Part shown: piece by piece, positions 24,601-33,800 of the stretch
How the letters are laid out: every line of letters begins with the position of its first letter
Position numbering within the stretch: position 1 is the stretch's first letter
Assembly (NCBI GenBank): GCA_002269645.1
Contig: NIVC01002663.1
Location: 1-33,800 of the forward strand
Direction: 5' to 3'
DNA length: 33,800 nucleotides
Source: Macrostomum lignano
Lineage: Eukaryota
Position numbers and translations under genes: made by a program
The notes under the pieces: generated by a model
What the model was told of the DNA's origin: nothing
Seen by the model: the letters and a program-made list of their open reading frames with translations, nothing else
Databases searched by the model: none

Positions 24601-24885
24601 GGAGAGGAGAGGAGAGGAGAGGAGAGAGAGAGGAGAGAGAGGAGAGGAGAGAGAGGAGAGAGAGGAGAGGAGAGAGAGAGAGAGAGAGGAGAGGAGAGGA
24701 GAGGAGAGGAGAGGAGAGGAGAGGAGAGAGAGGAGAGGAGAGGAGAGGAGAGAGGAGAGTAGAGGAGAGAGAGGAGAGAGGAGAGGAGAGGAGAGAGGAG
24801 AGGAGAGGAGAGGAGAGGAGAGGAGAGGAGAGGAGAGGAGAGAGAGAGAGAGGAGAGGAGAGGAGAGAGAGGAGAGGAGAGGAGA
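21612..24885. repeat. (GGAGA)n/(GA)n polypurine satellite, ~3.3 kb
   Basis: Directly visible; the + strand is almost only G and A, with recurrent landmarks GAGTGGAGATGAGA, GGATAGA and GAGTAGA. Confidence 0.99.
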
Positions 24886-24898
24886 TAACTAAGAAGAG

Positions 24899-24994
24899 AC
24901 AAACCTTGAGCGGGCCGGATTGGCATTCGATAAGTGTCCAAGGACCCGAGGGCCAGATAGAGAGACTTTGCGAGCCGGATTTTGCCCACCCCTG
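24899..24994. mobile_element. Remnant of a hAT-type non-autonomous element (one intact end)
   Basis: Ends TTTGCCCACCCCTG (reverse complement CAGGGGTGGGCAAA) and contains GGGCCGGAT/GGGCCAGAT/GAGCCGGAT motifs typical of hAT MITEs; the other end is missing at the satellite junction. Confidence 0.6.
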
Positions 24995-25295
24995 TTTAGA
25001 CCCAAAATTTTCAAAGTCACCACCTTAATCTCGTTTGATCGGCTACACGTTGAAATTTGAGCTCAATCGTATATGCAATTATCGCGATTTAAGCTGTGAA
25101 ACAAATATTTGACAAACATTCCGTGAATTATACATCATGTAGTCCTACTAAAAGTAGCACAGTCAGTGTATTTAGAAGGATAATGATTCCAATGCTTGAA
25201 AACTTTAACAATATGCAAACAGGTGTACTGGTTTTCATGGGGTAGTAACAACACCCAAGCCCCACGATTTGAGTCCAGATTCCATCAAAGCCCCA

Positions 25296-25592
25296 TCATT
25301 GATCAAAGCGGCGCTGCCGACGAAGCCGCAGCCGGTCCTGCAGCAGCTCGGATGGGGTGCAGAAGAGGCTGGGGAACATGAGCCGGCGTACCGGGTTGGT
25401 GCACAGCACGCAGATCTGCAGGAAAAACAGCACGAAAGGCACCACCAGGGTGCCAATTATGAAGAACTCCTCAGATTTCATGGGAGTCTTGATGATGCCC
25501 ACGTTCTTCATGGTTGCTTTGTTGTACTGGATGCTGGTTAATACTCGTGCAGAAGAATTGATGAAGGCAGAGAAAAGCGATTGAACTTCTGT
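25296..25592 (-). CDS. Terminal exon of a membrane protein (one TM helix plus basic cytosolic tail), weakly DC-STAMP/DCST-like
   Basis: Acceptor ctcactacag then 99 open codons: TEVQSLFSAFINSS...KTPMKSEEFFIIGTLVVPFVLFFLQICVLCTNPVRRLMFPSLFCTPSELLQDRLRLRRQRRFDQ*. GC3 bias. The exon is well supported; the family assignment is tentative. Confidence 0.6.
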   Translation of the reverse strand, partial: TEVQSLFSAFINSSARVLTSIQYNKATMKNVGIIKTPMKSEEFFIIGTLVVPFVLFFLQICVLCTNPVRRLMFPSLFCTPSELLQDRLRLRRQRRFDQ

Positions 25593-25740
25593 CTGTAGTG
25601 AGTGCGATTGAGTTCGAGTTTGAATTCAGCCGTAATTTGTTTTACCATAGAGAGATTCTTGAGGCATCTCAAGCCAGCCGCAGCCTCTTGCCTCTTTTAG
25701 TTTTTGCTAAAATCTAGAAACAAATTCAGTTCGTTTAAAA

Positions 25741-26142
25741 TCAGTGAGGCCCTGCTGTCTTATCAGTGAGGCACTGCTGTCTCATCAGTGAGGCTCTGCT
25801 GTCTCATCAGTGAGGCTCTGCTGTCTCATCAGTGAGGCTCTGCTGTCTCATCAGTGAGGCTCTGCTGTCTCATCAGTGAGGCTCTGCTGTCTCAGGAGTG
25901 AGGCACTGCTGTCTCATCAGTGAGGCACTGCTGTCTCATGAGTGAGGCACTGCTGTCTCATCAGTGAGGCACTGCTGTCTCATCAGTGAGGCACTGCTGT
26001 CTCATCAGTGAGGCACTGCTGTCTCATCAGTGAGGCACTGCTGTCTCATCAGTGAGGCACTGCTGTCTCATCAGTGAGGCACTGCTGTCTCATCAGTGAG
26101 GCACTGCTGTCTCATCAGTGAGGCACTGCTGTCTCATCAGTC
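25741..26142. repeat. 22-bp minisatellite (TCAGTGAGGCACTGCTGTCTCA)n, ~18 copies
   Basis: Directly visible; unit contains CAGTG-AGG-CACTG. The GCTCTG variant dominates the left copies and GCACTG the right. Confidence 0.95.
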
Positions 26143-26299
26143 AAAGAATTGAGTCGCATTTTAAGTAGAGCTAGCTAGAACTCAAACGACGTTGCAAACT
26201 GTCTACGCATGCCTATGGGTAGTAAGATCGCGTACTCGTACAATAGAGGTTATCGTTTATCACGAAAGGCTGGCTCGTACAACGATTTTATTCTTATTC

Positions 26300-26398
26300 T
26301 AGCCCTAAGCATAACCCTTTAACGCTAACTCTAACTGTAACTAACTCTAACCCTAACCCTAACCCTATACGAATAACTTTAAACCCTAGCCTTAAATC
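26300..26398. repeat. Degenerate interstitial telomere-like (CCCTAA)n tract
   Basis: CTAACCCTAACCCTAACCCTA at ~26347-26367, flanked by CTAACT, CGCTAA, CCCTAG and CCTTAA variants. Confidence 0.7.
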
Positions 26399-27025
26399 TC
26401 TAGAAATTCGACTTTTTATCAATTTGATGGCTTCATCAGGGGCGTCGCCACCGGGGGGAGGGGCAGGGGGACATGTCCCCCCCCCGAGTAAAAGCTATGG
26501 GGGACATGCTTTATCCCTATAAAACAAACCGATAATTGATTTTGACTGGCGATAAAGAAAACAAGGTCGCAACCCAGAATCCAGCTTTTATATTTTCTAG
26601 CCTAAACATGGGTGGAAAAGGTGGGGGGGGTTGGCAGAGAGATATATTCTGAGTACATTTTGCGTACAGTGAAAATAGAGAAAATAACTTTGGATGAAAC
26701 AGGCGGCTAGTCTAGGCCAACTCATTTTTTGACACTCCCCCCAGATGATTTATCATTTGATTTTCAATTCGAAAAAGCGTTCCGAACATACATACATACA
26801 TTACAACGTAATTACACTACGTTCGAACTTGTTGCAAACAATGAAAAATGAAAAAACTATTTTAGCCTAACGGAGAGAGAGGTGGTTCGTTGCTTTAAGT
26901 GAGACAGTCAGCGGAGAACAAATAACCGATAGAGCCAAGTTTAAGCGCGTGAGCATGATCGATGAAGGGAAAATTTAAATGGAAGAATGACGAATAATGA
27001 CACGTAACATCGCCCATAACCAAGA

Positions 27026-27382
27026 ACAACAACAACAACAACAGAGTCTGCTGTCAGTTCGCAAAAGCAGCGTCAGATGGCGCGCTTCGAAGCTTGGGCG
27101 CGAACAAAGGCCGCACCGCCGGCAGAGTCCGGGGCGCCGGCGTCAGCCAGCAGACAGTCGACGTAGCGCCGAGTCCTCGCCTGTCCCCGCCGGTAGGGTG
27201 CCTGCAACGTAAGTAGCAGCACCTCCTGCACCGGCTCCGGACAGTAGGCCTCGGCGCGGATGACGTGGCCTGCCAGCTGGAGTCGCCGACGGCGCAGCAG
27301 ATCGCTAGGACGGGCCAGGCCGGCGCGATGATAGAGCGCCGTGTTGGTCACTCGCTCGTTGCCGATCTTGAAGGCGGCGCGC
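27026..27382 (-). mobile_element. 5'-truncated RTE-like non-LTR retrotransposon (ORF2 C-terminus, 3' UTR and (TTG)n tail)
   Basis: RVTNTALYHRAGLARPSDLLRRRRLQLAGHVIR...RRGQARTRRYVD matches the RTE-type post-RT C-terminus; stop at 27073; (TTG)n tail at ~27026-27042; candidate TSD ACCAAGA at 27019-27025 and 27383-27389. Confidence 0.85.
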
Positions 27383-27494
27383 ACCAAGAGAATTATCTCA
27401 AAGCAGAAAAACAAACCTTTCCCATTACAAATTTTGGCGAGAGGCTGTCAAAAAAGTTAACAAACGAATTCGAAAGTCATGGAAAGGTAAAAAA

Positions 27495-30000
27495 CGGACT
27501 TAGGATTGAAGCTCTAAAGGAATCAACGACTGGACTGGCCGCCTCACCCGTTCCAGCGCCGGAACTCCCAGCACCCGCAACGCGAAGAAGAACCGAACGG
27601 ATCGCACCATCACGGCCAGGATGCACTTCCTCGACAATACCCAATTTCCACTTGAGTTTTGGTTGTCGAGCTTCACCTGCCGAAGAACCACTTCACCAAC
27701 ATTTGGCGGGCGGCGGTTAGGTTGATCCTTTAGGGCTTTCTCGCGCTGAGACTCAAGTAGGACGTCTTTCATTGGTTACAAAACCAATCCAGAGCTGCTC
27801 TAAGCATTGTAAGCCGTTTCGAAAGCGGTAGAACGGAGTCCGCCTCACTGAGACGACTAGCTGCAATGAAATGGGACGTGTGTGATGACCTTCAACCGTC
27901 GCCTGAATCGAAGGTTACATACAACAGCGACCGACAGTTTACCACAGCTTCGACTTCCACAGTTAGAGTGATCAACTGGTCGTAGGTAAACAGCTGTCGA
28001 CCTGCAGCCTTTTTAGTGCCATCTTCACGATGCCAATCAGCCTTTCCAGTAACCTCCCACCAAAAAGCTCCCTCGGGCACAAAATGCCAACAAATCTTCT
28101 TCGACGAACAGAACGACTGCAGCTCTTCTGAGATACTAGCGCCGATCCGTTTGGCGCCTGACCGAAATGTCCGTGCATTGTCACTGACGATGGAGGAATG
28201 CCCTTCGAGCACGGACCGACGCAGTGCATGCAGAAGTTGTTCGCTGTCCATCCTTGAAACAACTTCCAGATGAGAAACAACTTCGAGTTGCTGAGCAAGT
28301 GAAGAGCAGGATGTACGCCTTTTTGCTCTCACCACCCTCCGCCGTCCGATAGAATATCGGAGCCAGCATTAATCCAGTTTTGTACGAAAAGCACGAACAG
28401 TTGACAAACGGAAGGATGGAAGCTGCGGAAACCGCACACACGGAAAACGGTCGACCTACAAAACCAATCCAGAGCTGCTCTAAGCATTGTAAGCCGTTTC
28501 GAAAGCGGTAGAACGGAGTCCGCCTCACTGAGACGACTAGCTGCAATGAAATGGGACGTGTGATGACCTTCAACCGTCGCCTGAATCGAAGGTTACATAC
28601 AACAGCGACGACAGTTTACCACAGCTTCGACTTCCACAGTTAGAGTGATCAACTGGTCGTAGGTAAACAGCTGTCGACCTGCAGCCTTTTTAGTGCCATC
28701 TTCACGATGCCAATCAGCCTTTCCAGTAACCTCCCACCAAAAAGCTCCCTCGGGCACAAAATGCCAACAAATCTTCTTCGACGAACAGAACGACTGCAGC
28801 TCTTCTGAGATACTAGCGCCGATCCGTTTGGCGCCTGACCGAAATGTCCGTGCATTGTCACTGACGATGGAGGAATGCCTTCGAGCACGGACCGACGCAG
28901 TGCATGCAGAAGTTGTTCGCTGTCCATCCTTGAAACAACTTCCAGATGAGAAACAACTTCGAGTTGCTGAGCAAGTGAAGAGCAGGATGTACGCCTTTTT
29001 GCTCTCACCACCTCCGCCGTCGATAGAATATCGGAGCAGCATAATCCAGTCCTATTGTACGAAAAGCACGAACAGTTGACAAACGGAAGGATGAAGCTGC
29101 GGAACCGCACACACGGAAAACGGTCGACCTTGAAACTTCTTGCACACAACACACCCGCCAATAACTGCTTCACACACTGTCTCGCCTTTAAAACCCAAAA
29201 ATGTTCACGAAGCTTGCATATTGTTGCCGCCACCGGAATGCATCACAGCCACATGGTAATGACGGACAAGCAAGTTTTCGAGCGGGTGCTTTGAGGCGAA
29301 TCAGCACCGGATCGTTGGTGTCGAAGGCACAGCGCCCTGCAGACGACCCGCTGACCGAACTAATCCAGTAGGATCAAGGAACAATTTGAGATCGTGCACT
29401 AACGGAGTGCGAGGTCCAGAACCGCTGAGGCACGAAATTTCGTTCGACAATGATTTACACTCATTGTCGCAGGATGAGTGTCGCACTCATTCGCACGGCT
29501 CGCAGCACTGACTGTCCTGCCTGTAATATTTCCGTAGCCGTTAACAAGGATGGTTATTTAACAATCCGATGGCGCAAGATGCTGACAATCTCAAGACCCA
29601 ACCAACCACTCGAGTGAGCTTGGTCCACAATGAAAAATTCTGAAATCTGAATCACTTTGAGCAGAAAGGTGAAGAAGAATCGGTACACTCCACTGTGGTT
29701 TCAATGTAGCGTCATCAGGAGCATTTGAAACGTCAGATAATTGGGTTATATAGTATCTTAATTCAGAATGGGCATCGAGGAATGAACCAATTCTTACTTG
29801 AAGTAAACTTCCCGAGTCTATTCAAATTTGGAAATTCGGATTGAAAGGAACCAAAGCAGTAGGTAGTGAAATTATAAAAATCAACCAAAAAGTTTTATTC
29901 TAAAAGGTAGCAATAACAAGAGAGACTTTAGGAATATTTTTTTCTGCCGAAAACGCTGGTTTAGTTTCTGGAGTGATGAAGTACTTCGAAGTAGCTTCCA
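27495..30000 (-). mobile_element. Decayed BEL/Pao LTR retrotransposon pol 3' half (connection, integrase, DUF5641-type tail), with internal tandem duplication
   Basis: FSLWTKLTRVVGWVLRL; LFLDPTGLVRSAGRL; LREHFWVLKARQCVKQ (integrase Zn region); HLEVV, IVSDNARTF, WHFVPEGA, ERLIGIVKMALKR, EVEAVVN; NVGEVVL, WKLGIVEEVHPGRDGAIRSV, RPVQSLIPLE. Many frameshifts. The boundary beyond ~29650 is approximate. Confidence 0.9.
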
Positions 30001-30149
30001 CCGAAAAATTCTCCGTTTATAGAGTGCATATTAATTCAGCCACTGAAGGATCAACGCGTTCTTATTGTTTCAGGCTTTCAACTTTATCCGATTTTAGACA
30101 TAATTGCCACATAAAAATGAATTGATGAAGTGAACACGTCTATCTGTGG

Positions 30150-30620
30150 TTGAGCTGCATGAAGCAGATTCGAGGGAACGGGACTATTTCAATCAGAGAA
30201 AGGGTGAAATCAAAGGCAGTATTGAATGCATTACTAAAGATCTTACAATTTATAGCAAAAAAGGTAAACAAGTACAAACGACAAAGTAGCAGGATAAATT
30301 GGATCAACATTGTGACAGGAAATGTAAGTCTCTGGCTGCTACAGGAATTGGCATAGCGACATCGATACTGACATTGAATCCTTAGTCATTGGAGTAGTAA
30401 TCGGGGCAATGAGTGGTTTTGAAGCTGTAAAATCCATGTCATTGTTTGCAGCTGTGAAAATGCATTGCCAAAAGCAGAAGGCAAAATACATTGTTCTCAG
30501 AGATCTGGCAAATCAATACAGAGAGATTGTATATATACTCCAAAAAGCAGTGATGATTACAGAATAACTCTTGAAGAGGTTCAAGCAGCTACTGCCATTT
30601 ATTCAGAATAGAGAGAAAAG
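30150..30620 (+). pseudogene. Decayed small ORF of the type found beside Polinton/Maverick pPolB
   Basis: Frameshifted fragments KYKRQSSRINWINIVT / LAATGIGIATSILTL / DDYRITLEEVQ resemble the coiled-coil-TM-'D..I..EE' small ORFs that accompany invertebrate Polinton-like polymerases. Recognised from memory, not by search. Confidence 0.5.
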
Positions 30621-30879
30621 AGACAAATTGTTAGATACTTCTCTTGTGCCTCAAGTAATAAGCAAGGGGGGAAAACTAGTTAACATTCGGAAGTCGTTGA
30701 TAAAATCCTCAAGAGAGTAGACTTGGTCATTCAGCGAAGGAAAAATTAAAAAGGAATTGCTGGAGAAAGATCTGAGAGAAAAATTGGGTCTAGCTGATAA
30801 GCCAAAAGATACTCGGCAACACTCAATCTTCAATCAGATGCTCCATGTGCACCTCCCTACAATTAATATTGTATAATGT

Positions 30880-32165
30880 TTTTCTTAAAATGGAATGGAA
30901 AATACCAGCGGCCTCTTATGAGTTTGATCTCGACTCCGTTGAAGAAATTCACGGTTTAATCTCCCTGCAATTCTTTCCAAACATTTGATGGCTAGAGATT
31001 CAATAAAATACAGAATTTCCTTTGTTGCAGAATTTTATAAAGGAACTACCGACAAGTGGATTGAGTTCCAATATCATTCAAAGTATCGAATTTTGTTAAA
31101 TCTTTTCCAAGTGAAAACTAGTATAGAAACTACAATTCAGGATGTTCTGGATGAATTCGATGAATGGAAGGATAGTTTTAAATGAAAGGGGATCGGGATA
31201 TCATTTGTTAAGTTAGTAAAGATTGTGTTGAAAGTTGTTGGCAATAATCAGTTGAAGGGAGGAACTTATATTAGAATTCCAATTGAATCAAACGTATTAG
31301 TAAATGTTTAGAATACTAAAGACAATAGGTGCTTTCTCTGGTCTATTTTAGCCAAGCTCCATCCTGTGAAGGAACATAGATATAGAGTTGGTAAGTATAC
31401 ACAGTATATAAATGAAATAAACTTAGGAGACGTTGAATTTCCAGTGGACATTTGAGATATCTCTGAGATTTAAAAGTTGAACAGCCTCCATATAAATGTG
31501 TTTGGATTGAGAGATATAAATACTAAAAGAGTCAATATATTCTATTCGTCTGACATAAGATTATGACAACCCCGTGTTATTGATTTACTACCTGTTAAAA
31601 ATCATTATTGTTTAATAACAGACCTAAACTTATTCCTCACGTTTAACAATAGGGTTTTTCTTTTGTAGAAAATGCCTTCAGGTTAAATACTCCGAGGATG
31701 CACTGGATAATCATAAAGCGCTTTGTGTCGACTTCAATGTGTCAATTGAAGTTCCAAAGATTGATAAGAGGATGTTAAAGTTTAAGAAGCTACCACATGA
31801 GTGTAAGAAAGCCATTTGTGTTTTATGCAATATTGGATTATGTATCGATAGATAATAAATCCATAGAGCTATACAAAACTAGACACTTTGTATTAGTTCC
31901 GACTATGAAAAATATTATAAAATCAGATATTATTTCAAATACTACAGTGGAATCATTCGTTGAAGCCGTAATCAAAAAGTTTGAGCATATAAGAATGAAA
32001 TGGATAGATATAAACATGCAAGATTAAGTGATGACGAAGAGACTGATTACAAAGCGGCAGAACAATGTTTTCTCTGCTCAAGGCCATTTGTAGATAGTAA
32101 AAAATTTCGAGAGCATAATCACTACAATGGTAAATATCGCGGCGCAGCATGCAATCATCGTAATA
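30880..32165 (+). pseudogene. Polinton/Maverick (adintovirus-like) protein-primed DNA polymerase B, N-terminal region, decayed
   Basis: KGSG; LKGGTYIRIP; N-KDNRCFLWSILAKLHP; EFPVDI; LHINVFG; HYCLI; C2H2-like CRKC...H...C; KPFVFYA; CFLCSRPF...EHNHYNGKYRGAACN. Multiple stops and frameshifts; truncated before the exonuclease/polymerase core. Confidence 0.85.
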
Positions 32166-32209
32166 CAAGGAGGGCAAGGCGAATCAAACAGTACCGAATC
32201 AAACAGTAT

Positions 32210-32900
32210 TCAATGGTCGGAAACTCCATTTTTCAAATTTTCCGAATAATGCGAAGCTTTGCAATAGGTGCAATAGGAACATTTTGTTCGTGGCGTCAGG
32301 TGCTGGCGTCAAGAAATCGTAAGTTCTTGACTTTGATTTCTTTCTTTCCGTAGCGCTCTCGCAAAAATATGAGATAGTTGAAATTGTCTACGCCGTATAT
32401 CTGACAGGCTCGAGTTGCGATGTATGGAAAGAGTCAAACTGATCCCAAAACGACTGCCACGCCGAATCTCCCCCGTGAATGTCGGAATTCGCCTCTTGGG
32501 AAGCTTGATCTGCGACCCGGACTCTACGGAACGACTTTTTAGTCGCTATTGCCTCCTCCGGCGATTGTTGACTATTGAATATTGAAAGCTGCTTCCAGCA
32601 TCTTAATGCAGCTGATACACTTCATCGAATAAGCTTGATTCTCTTCCACTTCAGCATCCAGCCCCTATCAGCGATAAGACTCCTCTATGGCTTCATCCAA
32701 TGCTTGCTGCACTGCTGTCAACTTCGACTTCAGAATCTGCAGCAATTGCCTCCACATCCGCACGATTTGCAGCTCGACCAATATCCACGGAGAGAAGATT
32801 GTCAGCCTTTCCAAACAGCCTTTGTGATCGCCGCGCCGATACCTGCACGCTTCCTGACTGCTGAAGATAGCTCTTTTCACTGAGAACCATGACGACTTGA
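32210..32900 (-). mobile_element. Decayed BEL/Pao gag (DUF1759-type)
   Basis: RRGDHKGCLERL...LKSKLTAVQQALDEAIE; IKLPKRRIPTFTG; WQSFWDQFDS; FNYL / LRERYG with an internal deletion; same strand as the pol fragment. Confidence 0.8.
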
Positions 32901-33136
32901 AATGGGAGACGCTTCTAAAGCCAAGAACTCCCGACACTGAGAACTTGAAGACGGTCAGCCCAAAAAAAGAAGCAGACTGCAGGAGAACGCTACAAGTGAA
33001 CACGAGAAAAATGAATGGAAAAAGCAAAAAAATACGAGTAAATTTGGTAAAAGAAAACTCTAAAATTTTAGTATATGACCACCACCTTGTGATCCGTTGT
33101 GGAAATCAATAATTTCAGGGCGCTAAACCATAGCAC

Positions 33137-33218
33137 CTGTGCGCCAAAATGAGTGCCTGTGGCGCTAAAATGAGTGTCTGTGGCGCTAAAATGAGTGCAT
33201 GAGGCGCTAAAATGAGTG
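33137..33218. repeat. 21-bp subterminal repeat (GGCGCTAAAATGAGTGCCTGT)x~4
   Basis: Directly visible, ~75 bp inside the right end of the putative transposon shell. Confidence 0.85.
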
Positions 33219-33564
33219 AGTGCTAACAAAACAGATTCTCAAGGTAATGCAATGCTTTGTCCCCCACATCAAAATCCATGGCGACGCCGTGAGCTTCATT
33301 GTCTATGGTCAAATGCTCTATACTATGCAGTGGCAGGAGGTTTTAATCATCATCTCGACTGCCGAAAGCAAATGTTACCGTCATGCTATCCAATTTGATT
33401 CTCCAAGCCAATAGGAACAGCCGCTGCGCACAAAGCAACCAAACTCATTGGCTGTCGAGACTGAGGCCAGGCGGGCAGTAATTAGCTTATCTACTAGTGA
33501 AGCTTTGGCTCGGTGGCATCTCAACAAGCATGCGCATATAAACAAGCGACTGTCTGCTATCCAG

Positions 33565-33678
33565 AAGAGCCATTAGGAAATCCTTCTACAGAAAGGTAGA
33601 ACAGCGCGAACTGATCAATGACGTCTCAGCTAATGCTGATGCTGCTGGCGCGCGCCACTCTGCAGCATCACCAGGCCT
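33565..33678 (+). CDS. Possible short exon of an unidentified gene
   Basis: Acceptor tgctatccag (alternative ccttctacag at 33591), open frame RAIRKSFYRKVEQRELINDVSAN..., donor GTGAGT at 33679, then a 50-nt intron-like stretch ending tttttcag at 33728. Confidence 0.25.
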
Positions 33679-33800
33679 GTGAGTATTACATAGTTTGTTT
33701 TACTCGATCGATTAATCAATTTTTCAGTACCTTGAAATGTACTCGGTGTTCTCTCCACTGGCCTGTTTGTCCGATTCCTTTCAAGGAAATGAATAGAATC

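Larger units (their letters stand above)
26437..33291. mobile_element. Putative DNA-transposon shell (hAT/P-like, 7-8-bp TSD) enclosing nested retro- and Polinton fragments
   Basis: Left end CAGGGGCGTCGCCA...TGGGGGACA; right end (reverse complement) CACGGCGTCGCCA...TGGGGGACA; GCTTCAT direct repeat at 26430-26436 and 33293-33299 (ggcttcat/agcttcat, 7 of 8). Confidence 0.55.

Noticed and set aside
21603-24989. 1128-aa Leu/Ser ORF and the Arg/Glu/Gly ORFs on +
   Set aside because: Translations of the (GGAGA)n satellite.
30100-32200. Intact Polinton or endogenous virus
   Set aside because: No capsid, ATPase, protease, integrase or TIRs; the polymerase is truncated and full of stops.
27400-33130. 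LTRs, PBS and PPT of the BEL element
   Set aside because: No TG...CA direct repeats or convincing PBS/PPT were found at either side.

Overview
Eukaryotic (animal) genomic DNA. The GC3-rich intronless GPCR genes, poly-Q/poly-A tracts and very high satellite load suggest a free-living flatworm such as Macrostomum; this is inference only. Roughly a quarter of the window is tandem repeat: (GATA)n ~1.9 kb, (GGAGA)n ~3.3 kb, (TTAG)n ~0.85 kb, and 12-, 21-, 22-, 23-, 31-, 35- and ~42-bp minisatellites. All very long low-complexity ORFs in the track are artefacts of these repeats. Real coding sequence: two intronless class A-like GPCRs (2090-3100; 12721-14103), an orphan GC-rich locus at ~17.4-19.9 kb with an in-frame TGA and an unresolved splice phase, the last exon of a membrane-protein gene on the minus strand (25296-25592), and scattered candidate minus-strand exons at 1.8-10.3 kb. 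Mobile DNA: two tRNA-derived SINEs (one with a 13-bp TSD), a fold-back MITE and a hAT-type MITE end. From 26437 to 33291 lies a nested complex bounded by imperfect TIRs and a GCTTCAT direct repeat. It contains an RTE LINE 3' end and a decayed BEL/Pao LTR element in which a Polinton/Maverick fragment occupies the position of the missing protease/RT. No rRNA, genuine tRNA gene or CRISPR array was found.
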